A stretch of 64,000 nucleotides of DNA, taken from the NCBI GenBank assembly GCA_963793865.1, contig CAWCBP010000002.1, forward strand, positions 64,001 through 128,000. Direction: 5' to 3'. The translations under genes were made by a program, and so were the position numbers. This document shows positions 40,209 to 51,500 of this stretch, in pieces. Position 1 is the first letter of the stretch; every line of letters starts with the position of its first letter. Source of the DNA: an uncultured delta proteobacterium (lineage in GTDB: Bacteria; Desulfobacterota; WTBG01). The notes beneath the pieces are model-generated. The model was not told where the DNA came from, did no database searches, and saw nothing but the letters and a program-made list of their open reading frames with translations.

Positions 40209-40431
40209 TTGAGAATAATCGAAGTCCACCCATCCTCAAAAAAATGATTTCACAAGATTTATAAAAATCCCCTTTAGTCCTTTATTCAGAATCGAACTAT
40301 TGCGTTCCCCGCCTCCTCTTCAAGAGGAAGGAAATCTTCAATCCACGAATAATTTTTTCTCATCACGCCGCCGTGAAATATGAGCTGGAGATTCCCATAA
40401 AATGTACAGGATATATGGAAAGGAGCCATGA
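40209..40431 (+). pseudogene. Internally deleted bCerS-like GNAT remnant
   Basis: Frameshifted LRIIEV..DFTRFIKIPFS/LYSESNYCVPRLLFKRKEIFNPR and terminal HKMYRIYGKEP* resemble the N- and C-termini of 53207-54328. Confidence 0.7.
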
Positions 40432-41408
40432 AGATACTTCTCACCGGTGGTACAGGGTTCATCGGGAGAAACCTGGCGATGAAGCTCTCTAAAATGGGGT
40501 TTCATGTACTATGTCTTGTGAGGAATATGCGCCGGGCAGTATGGATGGGACAATACCCCGGTCTTGAGCCTGTCCAGGGAGACATCCTATATAAAAATAG
40601 CATTACACCTCACATCAGGGATATCGACGTGGTTTTTCATCTCGCAGGCGTCACGAAGGCGAGAAACAAAGATGAGCACCTCAGCATCAATGCCGAAGGG
40701 GCGGGGATTTTGTTTGACTCGATCGCAATGGAGGGGAGAGGGATCAGAAAAATTGTTCATATTAGCTCACTGGCGGTTGCAGGGCCACACACTTCGCTTT
40801 ATCCGGCGCGGGAAAATGACGAGGTTTCACCGGTGACGCACTACGGCGAAAGCAAACTGCTGAGTGAGCAATTGCTCCGTGAGAAATGCAAAGATATTCC
40901 CTGGACTATAATCAGGCCCCCGGTTGTTTACGGACCTCTTGATCGGGACGTTTTCATTTATTTTAAAATGGCAAAGTCTGGAGTCATTCCAATCCTGGGG
41001 AACGGAGAACTGGAGCTTTCAATCATCCATGTTGATGATGTAATCGATGGGATGATTCTTGCGGCATTTGCTGAGGCAAGCGACGGGGAAATTTACTACC
41101 TTTCTGATGGCAAGGTCCACACATTTGCAGAAGTGGCACATATGCTTTCTAAAATCACCGGAGGGGCCAAAATTATCTCCCTCCCGTCTCTGATTGTAAA
41201 GATTGCGGGTATTGTAGCAGACGGTATCGGCTGTGTCAGTGGAAAACCTCAGGTAATCAATAGACAGAAAGTGAAAGAAGCTCTTCTGAAGGGGTGGGTC
41301 TGCAATACCGATAAGATAAGGGAGGAGCTTGGATTTCATCCAGCCATCGACCTTGAAATGGGACTCGAATCGACCTATCTCTGGTATAGGAATGCTGGCT
41401 GGCTATGA
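40428..41408 (+). CDS. NAD-dependent epimerase/dehydratase (extended SDR); candidate sphingolipid ketoreductase
   Basis: TGGTGFIG, HLAG, SSLAV, YGESK, RPPVVYGP. Confidence 0.88.
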   Translation: MKILLTGGTGFIGRNLAMKLSKMGFHVLCLVRNMRRAVWMGQYPGLEPVQGDILYKNSITPHIRDIDVVFHLAGVTKARNKDEHLSINAEGAGILFDSIAMEGRGIRKIVHISSLAVAGPHTSLYPARENDEVSPVTHYGESKLLSEQLLREKCKDIPWTIIRPPVVYGPLDRDVFIYFKMAKSGVIPILGNGELELSIIHVDDVIDGMILAAFAEASDGEIYYLSDGKVHTFAEVAHMLSKITGGAKIISLPSLIVKIAGIVADGIGCVSGKPQVINRQKVKEALLKGWVCNTDKIREELGFHPAIDLEMGLESTYLWYRNAGWL

Positions 41409-41540
41409 ACTTACATGGAACGGACAGAATAACTGTACTCTATAACTTCATCCTGATTATTTTCGCTTTTATTTTCAGAGAAAAGAACGCAGCATACGCG
41501 AATCATCTCGCATGTAACCTCTCAGTTGTCCTCGTTTACC
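41405..41540 (+). pseudogene. 5' fragment of a membrane protein (possibly PAP2/IPC-synthase-like), cut at the GC junction
   Basis: ATGA overlap with the SDR gene; MNLHGTDRITVLYNFILIIFAFIF...HLACNLSVVLV, then runs antisense into GC-rich DNA. Confidence 0.45.
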
Positions 41541-41542
41541 AC

Positions 41543-42504
41543 TCACTCCTCTTCGAGCAACCGGCGGCAGACATTCGCGATGTTGAGAGCCGCCGAGCCG
41601 TTCTGAACCGGCATCAGCCGGCGCAATTCGTCCATGTCGAAGTCCGAGTGGGTTTCCTTGCCCAGCGCCAGGCCGACAAAGGCCGTCGACGAAAATCGAG
41701 TGACCAGGACATCGCAATTCGCGATCATCTCTTCGGCGCTTCCCGTCGTAAACACCGTGGCTCCCGGCGCGTACCGGGAGATTTCCCGGGTCGCGCGCTT
41801 TACGTTTTCGTTCGGGTGAAGCTTGAAGATGAGCGGCCGGCCGCCGGCGATAGCGACAGCTTTGCGGATGAACGCCTCGCGGTCCTCGCCCCGAAACACC
41901 TCCCGCAGCGGCGACGTGCAGACCAGCACGTAGTGGCTGTGGGGAAAGTTGTTGGCGCGATATCGCCCGCAGTCATCGAAATTGGGTATTCCCGTGACGA
42001 CGATCTTGTCGGCCCGCGCGCCTTTGCGGATGAAGAAATCCCGATATCCCTCGCTGGCGACGCAGAATCTCCGGTAGGCGTCGCTCAGGCCCGTGGCCGC
42101 CGTGCCCGCCAGCCACCGAGGGAGGAAGCGGAAATCGCGTGACCAGACGAAACGCAAAGGTTTCCGGGTCCGTAATGCCCTCCTGAACCAGGACGATCCT
42201 GTTGTCCCGAATGTTCTTCTGAACGTACACGTCCGAACAGGTGACCACCAGGTCGTAGGGCCCGTTCCTTCCCTGGTAGTCGATGGGGAGGCCATGATCC
42301 TCCAGATACCGCCGGCAGCGTCCCGCGAGCTTGTGTGCCGATGATCGTGAACTCCATCAACCCGAGTCTTCGCAGAATCTCGTCAACGCCGTCGCAGTAG
42401 TAGGGCGAGAAGGAGTGCTCGTAATCGGAAAGATGCTCGGAGATCTGGTGCATCTGCGTCGTCTGATTCATCGAGCCGCAGATGAACAGGATTCTCTTCT
42501 TCAT
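41543..42504 (-). CDS. GT-B-fold / glycosyltransferase-like protein (frameshifted near 42260-42340)
   Basis: ILFICGSMNQTTQMHQI, VLVQEG, IVVTGIPNFD, IFKLHPNE, DVLVTRFSS..FVGLALGK. Confidence 0.65.
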
Positions 42505-42597
42505 ACGCACCTTCCATGGTCGCTAATCGCCCATGCCTCGCCCGAGCGCATGCGTCCGGGAGTCGCCCGAGTGAGGCCCGCGGGACGCGATGCGCCA

Positions 42598-43719
42598 TCA
42601 CGCGCTTTCTTCCCATTTGGTCGCTCCGATGCCCAAAACAAACACTCCTGCCGCGAAGACCCCGATGACCGCGGCGTATCTCAGCGCGGCCAAGTGATCC
42701 ACAAATACCATGGACGCCCGAAGCCCCTCGTTCACGTAGTACAGAGGCAGGAGTCGGGCGAACTTCTGCAGGAACCCCGGCATCATCTCGATGGGGAAGA
42801 AGGTTCCCGAGAGGAACATCATCGGGAACATGATGACGTTGGCCGCGGCGGCGGCGCTCTCCGCCTCCTTGGCGACGCGGGTGAGGATCATCCCGATCCC
42901 GACGAACGCGAAGACATCCAGCACGACGAACACCGGGAGCCAGGCGTTGATCTGCAGGCTGACGTTGAACACGGCGTAGCTCACCAGCAATATCGCGGCC
43001 GTGGACATCACCGCAAGGATGAACTGGTACAGGATGTTCGACAGGATCCAGTCGGTGCGGGTGATGGGCGTGGTGGAGAGCTTCCGGATGACGCCCTTCT
43101 GCCGGAGCTCCGCGTTCACGTTCACCGCGCCGGACAGGCTCGCCGTCATCACCGCCATCGCGATGATGCCGGGGACGAAGAACTCGATGAACCGGTACTT
43201 CTTGTCGAGTATCGATGTCTCGGCCGATCTGATGAACGGCGGCTGTTCCGGACATCTCCTGGTTCAACCCCGCGAGCACGACGTCCAGGACCTGCATCTT
43301 CGTGGTCACCGCAGTGGAACTGGGGTCGTAGAGGTACGTGAGGCGTGACGGAGGCGTTGGGGTCGCCGCAGTGCCATCCTCTGCATCAAGGCATTTCTCG
43401 TAGCCCTTGGGAATGATGAGCACGAGGTTCAGCTTGTTGTCCTTGGCGTACTGGGTGGCGTCTGATGGCGGAGTCGACCGTGGTTATCTTGAATCTCCCG
43501 TTGAGCTCCAGGGCCTTGACGAGCTGTGCGGACGACTTCGTCTGGTCGAGATCCTGCACGTGCAGGTCGAAGCTCATGTTGTCCTGTTTCCATGAAAATC
43601 GTGCCGAACACGAGTATCAGGATGACCGGGAACGCAATCGTGAAGAACATCGCGGACTTCTCGCGGTAGAAGCTCTTGATGCTCACGACGAGATTTGCGC
43701 CGATGACGCGCAGGTTCAT
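42598..43719 (-). CDS. ABC-2 type exporter permease (frameshifted)
   Basis: MFFTIAFPVILILVFG, EFFVPGIIAMAVM, FLSGTFFP, LPLYY. Confidence 0.85.
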
Positions 43720-44669
43720 TCCGCCACCCTCCTCGGCGGGGTCTTCGTGGAGCGCTTCGCCGGTGAGCTTCAGGAAGACCTCTTCGAGGTTGGGCTTGCG
43801 AACGTCCAGGCTGAGGAACGACGCCCCGGCCTCCTTGATGGCGTTCAGTATCTTCTGGACGTCGTCCGTGTGCTCCACCCGGACCTTGATGTTCTTGTGG
43901 TTGTCATGGACCGGCTCGAAGCCCATCTTCCGGACGATTTCCAGAGGCTTTTTCATCGACGGACTGCAGCGTGAGGACCAGGTAATTCGCGTTGCTTTCT
44001 ATGAGCTCGCCGGGAGAGCCCATCGCGATGATCTTCCCCTTCGAGATGATGGCGACCGTGTCTGCAAGAAGCTCCGCTTCCTCCATGTAGTGCGTGGTGA
44101 GAAATACCGTCTTCCCCTTCTTCTTCAGGCCCAGCAGGACTTCCCACACCTCGCGCCTTGCGCGGGGGTCGAGCCCTGTCGTCGGCTCGTCGAGGAACAC
44201 GACCTCGGGGTCGTTCACGAGCGCAATCGCGATTCCGAGGCGCTGCTTCAAGCCCCCGGAGAGATTCTTGAACTGCTCTTTGGTCTTGTCCTTGAGGTCC
44301 GCGAGCTCTATCAGCCCGTCGACATCGCGTGTTCCTGCAGCAGAAAAGCCGCGAGTAGTACTGGATGGTCTCCCTGACCGTTATCCTGTCGAACGAGCTG
44401 AACCCCTGCGGGAGGACGCCGATGCGGGGGACAATGTCGCGTTTCTTCTTCGTGACGTCCATCCCGAGAAGGCTCACCTTTCCCGACGTGGGCGTGCGGA
44501 TGGTCTCGATGATCTCGACGGTGGTGGTCTTGCCGGCGCCGTTCGGGCCCAGGAACGCGAACACTTCGCCTTTCCTGACAGTGAACGATATGTCGTTGAC
44601 CGCCAGCAAATCCCCGTAGCGCTTCGTCAGTTTCTCGACTTCGATTACGTGTTCAGCTTCTTTCGTCAT
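43716..44669 (-). CDS. ABC exporter ATP-binding subunit (frameshifted)
   Basis: GPNGAGKTT Walker A, LSGG, VFLDEPTTGLDP, TTHYMEEAE, PNLEEVFLKLTG. Confidence 0.9.
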
Positions 44670-44699
44670 GGATCGACATTTTACCGCTATAAGGCACTG

Positions 44700-45474
44700 G
44701 TATGACAACATCTCCGCCCATCGCTCCATCGATCGTTGCCGATTCAGGAGGGCGATGGAAAGCCACATCTTCCCCTGAGGAAGCGAACGTACCCATAGGG
44801 ACCCGCCGGCAGCCCGGGAAACCGCACCAGGGCCTTCCCTGATAAGCCCACCGGAAAGGTATACCCGCCGTCCTCCCCCCTGCCGATGGATAGACGGTGA
44901 TTTGCCGCGGGTCCACGAGATGGAATGCGCATCCCAGGGCCTTGACAACGGCTTCCTTGACAGACCAGAGCAGGGCCGATGCCTTTTCCAAATCTCCGCC
45001 CGCCAACCTCAAGGCATGTTGAAGCTCCTGCGGATGGAAGACCCGGTGAAAGGGGTATTCTCCCTGGAATTCATCGGTCCCTGCCACATCGATGCCGATA
45101 TCAGACTCATCTCCACAGAGAGCAGCCCAGACTTTTCCTCCACCCTCGCTGAAGGAGATGGCCGGACCCCGATATTCTCCCAACAGGAGATGGGGCCTGC
45201 CAAGCGGGCCGCGGACCACCTGAATCGGGAAAGCAGCTCTGTCGGAGGATCGACAGCGTTTCCAAAGAGGACCTTCCATCGCCACAAGGTGATCCCACAG
45301 GGCGGAGACGAGGCGGTGCCTCTCCCCTGCCTCGTTCGTCCCACACCCTTTGCGGGTTTCGTTGGCACATGGCATCAAGGGCAAGGATGCATAGAAGACG
45401 GGTCCCCTTCCATGAACGGGACTCATGGCATGAACGGTTATAGTCACTCCGTTGCGCAATCCTCTTTGCCACAT
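44700..45474 (-). CDS. Sfp-type 4'-phosphopantetheinyl transferase (3' end frameshifted and uncertain)
   Basis: GRPHL, ISFS, IGIDV, WSVKEAVVKALG; GAGGAG SD. Confidence 0.85.
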
Positions 45475-45524
45475 TCTGACTCCTCATCTTTCCCGATCTG
45501 CGTTCTTTCCGAGCCCCTGAAGGC

Positions 45525-48500
45525 TCAGTCCGAAACCCAGTGCATCCGAATACCACGAATCTGCATGATGGTGCGGCCTTGATCGTCAATCCCTCTGGCG
45601 TCCCAGGCGAGGCCTTCGTCGTCCTGCGCCCGCATGCGGGCCTCCAGCGTTATCTGTTCCCCTGCCCGGCATTTTCGCAAAAACCTCATCTCCCCGATCT
45701 CCATGGGAATCATCGATCGCCGCTCCGATGGGTCCGTTGCAGCGATGTGGAAGCCGACCAACTGCAAAAGGGCCTCGAAAAGGTAGGGAGAGTATTGGTA
45801 CCGTGCGTTCCGCAGATGTGCGAAATCACTTGTCTCCCGGTAGGTGGTTCGGCCCCGCACCACCCCCGGACCTGCACCGTCAAGGAACTCCATCACGCGA
45901 TACCTGCCTTCGAGGCCGCTGCGGTCTTTGTACCATTTAAGCACCTTTTTATGATCCATAGGCCTCGTCCGCAGTTCGTCCGGCCGGACAGGAAAACCGG
46001 GAGCCCCTCCCCGAGATATCCTCCTCGCCTCCCCGCCATCAAGGATCACCTGGCCCTTGCAGTGCGGGGTGAAGCGGTCGGTCAATCTCCCGGCGGGGGA
46101 GATCTCCTGTGTTGCAGAGAGACCTCGCACACTACCTCCCGAAGACCGTTGCCGGCCCGGCGGCAGGAGATCCTGGAAGGCCGTGGAACCCCGGGAGGAC
46201 ATTGGATCATGTCCATGAGCCGCACCTGGCGAACTCCTCGCACCTGCAGGTGGGGATACAGGATCCGGGCGGCTTCCATGAATGTCTCCAGAACCATGGC
46301 GGCTGAGACCAGAGGATGCTTGACGAACTTGAAGGGCCTGTGATCCGCGATCCAAAGATCCTTCTCCAGGGAGAAGGATCTGAAGGCCTCCAGTTCTTCC
46401 CGGCGGATGTCCAGGCAGGAGATCCCTTCTATCATGGGGAAGTCCTCGGGGCTGAAGGACACGGTGCCTCCATCCAGTTCTCCACCGGGCGAAGGACGGA
46501 TTGTATCATTGAGCAGTGCCGTTCTCACGGATGGCAGTTTCCTCATGAACATCACCCAATCGTCGTCGGCCGGGGCTACAAAGAGTTCCCGGCAGAAAAG
46601 CCCCGCAAGCTCATTCACATGGATGTACGCCGCGCCCTTCAGCTTCAGCAGATCCCGGACCTCCGGATCCTCGGCCATGCCCGCCCCCTCGACAGGGGGA
46701 AGCATCAAAGCCTTGAACCGGATGGCGCCATTTTTCCGGCGGAGGGTTCTGAGCAACGCGGACATCATCCGGTTGGCTGCAGCGTAGTTGGCCTGGCCGG
46801 GATTTCCCTGGATCGCGGCCGCCGAAGAGAGGCCCACGAAAAACCTCAAACCGGCCCCTTCCGCAGCCGAGAATAGATTCCAGGCCCCGAGGAATTTGAC
46901 GTCCGTGACCATGGAGAAATCATCCGGGGTCATTTGGCTCAAGAGACCGTCCCTGAGGACTCCGGCGCCGTGAATGATCCCGTCGATCCTGCCATAACGG
47001 CTTGCCACCTCGCCCATGATCGCGCGGACCGCCTCGGGGTCGGTCACATCGCAGGTATGGTACGTTGCCTCGATCCCTGAGGAGCGCAAATCCGCCAGGG
47101 TCCGGGCGATCTCCGATGCCCTGGGGTCGCAAAGGCAACGCCTCAGAAGACGAATGTTCGGGGCGCGGCTTTGCGGAATGGGTGCCTGGATCGAGAGGGG
47201 TTCTCCCCAGAAAGACCAGGCGGGGCGCGAAAGGCACAAGGCAGCGGGCCAGGTGGGCGCTGATCCCGGTTGCGCCCCCGGACATGACGACAACGTCTCC
47301 CGGGCTCAGATTCAGACTTGACGAATCCCCGAAGACCGACGGGGCCAAGCGCCCCTCCGAAGTGAAGAACCTTCCATCGCGATGAATGGTCTCCACTACG
47401 GTGCATCCCCTGTCCAGAGCACCGCGCAGCGCAACGCGAAGGTCGGTATCCCTGTCGATTTCCAATGTGCGAAACTGGACCGATGGATGTTCCTGCGCTG
47501 CGCTTAAGAATAGTCCGAGCATCCCTTCCGCCAGCAGCCGACCGAGAGTTTCGGTATCCTCCCTGGAATGGATCAGCACCACGAATTTCTTGGCCGGTGA
47601 TTGAAGAAATGCCTTCAGGAGCAGAAAGAGCCCCCTGAGAAGCCGCGAAACATCCGCCATGCTTCCTAACCTTCCCGACCCGCCTTGAGGCAAGGTGATG
47701 ACCATCCCGGCAAGGGGCGGCAGGCCCGCTATTCTATCTACAGCCCTGGAGGCCCCTTCATCGGTTCGAATGTCGTGGCCCTCTTCGCCCGGACCGAAGT
47801 TCCCTTGCATGAATAGCATCGGAAACGTGTCAACCCCGTAATCCTGTCGGAGGATGTCCCCTGCACTTCCGGCAATCCCGTCATCCCTGTCGGGCGAGAG
47901 AAGGAGGACTGACTCGCCCGGGCTCAATTCTATGGGAATAGAGGCCGCCAACTCTACCGTGGCGTGGTTGAATACGAGCCGCTTTAAGCTCGCCTCATCC
48001 TCTGAGGACTTCGAGATTTCATCCTGCACCGGGTCGGGGTCAACAGTCTTGGTGGCCGGCTGCAGGCTGGTACCTCCCTGCCTGGCGATAACCCTGGCGA
48101 TCCTCTGGGCGATGTCCTTCACGGTACGGACGCCTATAAAATCCTCCAATTCGATAGTGATCCCGAATTGGCGTTCCGCAGCATCCATGATGATGGGGAG
48201 GCGACTGGATCGGATGGAGAGGTCCCTTCTGAGATCCATATCGGGTTGGATCTCGTCCCTATTGAATCCTGTAGCATCCATGATGATTCGAATAAGCCTC
48301 TCCATGAGATCCTGGTGCTCAGGCGCCTCACCGGGGGCAGGTGCGGCCTGTCCGCATGAATGGAGTCGAGCGCGGCGGTGAATCGGGGGTTTGTCTGAAT
48401 GCAGAGAGGGAAACAAATCTCGCTTCTCCTTCAACCTTCAGATGACCTTGAACGAAGAGCTGAGCAAGGGCTGTCTTGTAGGTCAGGCCCTCTGCGGAGG

Positions 48501-51500
48501 GAATGCACGTCTGGATGCATGCCGATTCAGGAAGCGTGTCTGCGATGAGATTGCATAAAGCTTCGCCGGGGCCCACCTCCACGAAGAGCCGGACTCCGTA
48601 GTCATTCCAAAGGGTCTGGACATTACTCATCCAATGGACGGTAGATTCCAGGTGGGCCATCAGGATTCGCCTGATCTCACCGGGATCGGATGGATACGGC
48701 GCCATGGTCGTGTTGGAGATGACGGGAATCTGCGGGGCATGAAACGGAATGGAGGCAATGAACTCCTCGAGCTCATCATGGATGACCCTCATGATAGGAG
48801 AGTGGAAGGCCATGCTGACCCGCAAGAGGGTGGCCCGGTGGCCCATTTCCTTCAATCTCCTGCACAGATCCTTGACCGCCTCGGTGTTGCCGCTCAGGAC
48901 GATCTGGTTCGGTGAATTGATATTGCCGATATGGACATCATCCCGTCCCTGGATCATCTCTTTGAGCAGATCCGGGGGGACGTCCGTGGCCGCCATGATG
49001 CCGGGGTCCACGTGCATGCCGGCGGCCTTGTCCATGCAGAGGGCCCGTTTGTTCACGATTCCAAACCCGTCCTCCGGGGAATAGACACCTGCCATGCACA
49101 AGGCGGTCAGCTCGCCCAAACTATGGCCGGCCATGGCCACAGGGTGGATACCGAGGGTCGTGAGATATCGAGCCATGGCATGTTCCATGGCGAACATGGC
49201 AGGCTGCTGCCACCGGGTCTTCTGAAGGTTCTCCTCTCGATCGTGGAACATTAAGTGAAGGAGGTCGAAGTCCGCTACAGCTGCAGCCCGATCCAGCCAC
49301 TCCCTGATGACGGGAAAGGACTCGTAGAGCTCCTGTCCCATTCCCCCATACTGTGACCCCTGTCCTGGAAATACAAGGGCGAGCGGTAGGGCCTGCAAAT
49401 CCTCGCGGCCCATAAAAATTCCCTGCTGCGCCAGGGACCTCATTGTCTTGGGAGAGACGATTCCGGATTCGGCAAGGGAGGCCGCCCTCTCGATGACCGC
49501 GAGGGCCTCCTCTTCGGATTGCGCCACGACGGCCATCCGGCAGTTCCGGCCGTACATTTCAGTCCGGAAGAAAGAGACGCCATGGAGAGTGGCAGAGTCC
49601 CCGCCCTTCTCTCGATCGAGACCGGGTTCTCTGCCCGGTGAGACCAGGATCGTATCCGCCTCATCCATGGCCTGTTCCACCTGCACAACGTAGTTGGAAC
49701 CTCCAAACCCGAAGGCGTTGACTTGAAGCCTTCTTGGCTGGTTGTCCCTGCCCTTCCAATCAAGTGGCTCCGGGGGGATGAGGAGCCCCGGTCCTTCCAA
49801 GTCTATTTCCGGGTCCGGGTGCATATAATTAAGGGTGGGAGGAAAAACCCCCGCCTTCATAGCCGTGACTCCTCGAATGAGGCTGTTAATGCCCGAGGCG
49901 CCCAGTGTGTGTCCGATCTGGGATTTGAATGAGGTGATCACGGTGCGCTTGGAGGAATTGAAGAACATCTTCAGAGCACGGGCCTCCTCCACGTCCCCTT
50001 GCCGCGTGCTCGTGGCATGGCATTCCACCAAATCCACGGCATCGGGCCCATAGGGTATCCCTCGGAAAGAGGCGCGGATGGCGATCTCCTGGGTGACACT
50101 GGAGGACTCCACCATCCCCAGATGGTTGTTGCTTGCTCCCATGCCGGTCACAAAGGCATGGACACGCGCCCCTCTTGCGCGGGCCAGGCTTTCCCGTTCG
50201 ATGACGATCATTCCTCCGCCTTCGCCAAGGACCATCCCATCTCTTTCAGCATCGAAGGGGCGGGAGGTCTCGTGAGCGGGTCTTTCCTCTCCGGACAGTC
50301 CGTAAAGTGCGCCCAGGGCGGAAAATTCCAGAAAGTGCAAATGGGTGAGATTATCCTCGCCACCTCCGATGATGGCTGCATCGATGATGCCGCTACGGAT
50401 CATCTGGATGGCGCTGTAAAGCGCCACCAGTGAGGTCGCGCAGGCTGCGGAGACAGAATAGCTGGGCCCCATGAACCCATACCGGTTGCAGATGAATCCG
50501 GCCGCAGCGCAGTTGAGTCTGCCCAGCAGCGTGGTGTCGTCCGGGGCCATGCGCCCGGACTTCACCTCCCGTTCGATGGCGCTCTCCTGATCCGGCGTGA
50601 GGTGAACGGCCCTTTTGATAGCCCCGAGGATATCGTGAACGTACTCCCTGATGATCATATCGGTGAGGGTCCCCGCCGCCTCTCCCGAGTTCTGGGAAAT
50701 GAGTACCGCTATTCGCTCGCGCGGGATGTCTGACTCCAGGATGCCGGATGCCCGGATGGCCCTGTCCGCCAGCCACATGGTAATCCTTGTGGCCTCGGTC
50801 ATGGTCCGGAAATCATGGGGAGGAATCCCGAGTTCATTGCGGGAGATATGAATGTCCAAGAAGGCGCCCACCTTGCAGTAGGTCTTGTCCGTAACCTGCG
50901 GCCGGGGATCATAAAAAAGCGCGTGATCCCACCGCGACGGCGGAACCAATGTAATCCCGCTCTTCATGGCCAGGCTGGCAGCCCAGACTTCCTCCGGACT
51001 TTTCCCCAGTGCATTGAGTATGCTCATCCCGGTGATGGCAATTCTTTCATAATCGCCTCTGCGGAGGACAACTCGTTTCAGTCCACGGCCGACTCCGGAG
51101 GATGAAGTTTCCGGGGTTTTCTCGATCGACCCCACAACGGGCTGATGTAGCAAGAGAGGACCTTCGGCCAGCTCGCGGTGAAGGGACTGCAGCTTCCGGA
51201 CCTCGCGGATGAGACCGGCGCAGGCCCCACTCATGAATTGCCCGCGTTCCAGACAACCCTGCTCATCCAGAGCCGCCCCGCCCGGTCTGTCCATGCCTCG
51301 GGCCGCAGTGAAGAGGCTCCCCGCTGCCATCTGCTCCATTCTTGTCCGGAAAGAGGTCTCGTCCAGGTGACCCGCTGCAAACTCCCTCTCCAGGGATAAA
51401 ATAGCTTCCACTTTCGGGGTCCTCAAGGACCGTACCCGAAGTCCAATGTCCTGGCCTGAAACGGCCGTCCCCCCCGGGTGTGATTCCAGCACCATCCGCT

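Noticed and set aside
41405..42142. 245-aa ORF as a complete gene
   Set aside because: After ~45 codons it is antisense read-through of the GT-like gene
43429..44948. Apparent PPTase-ATPase and ATPase-permease fusions
   Set aside because: They lie in the frameshift-dense zone and are most simply explained by indel errors
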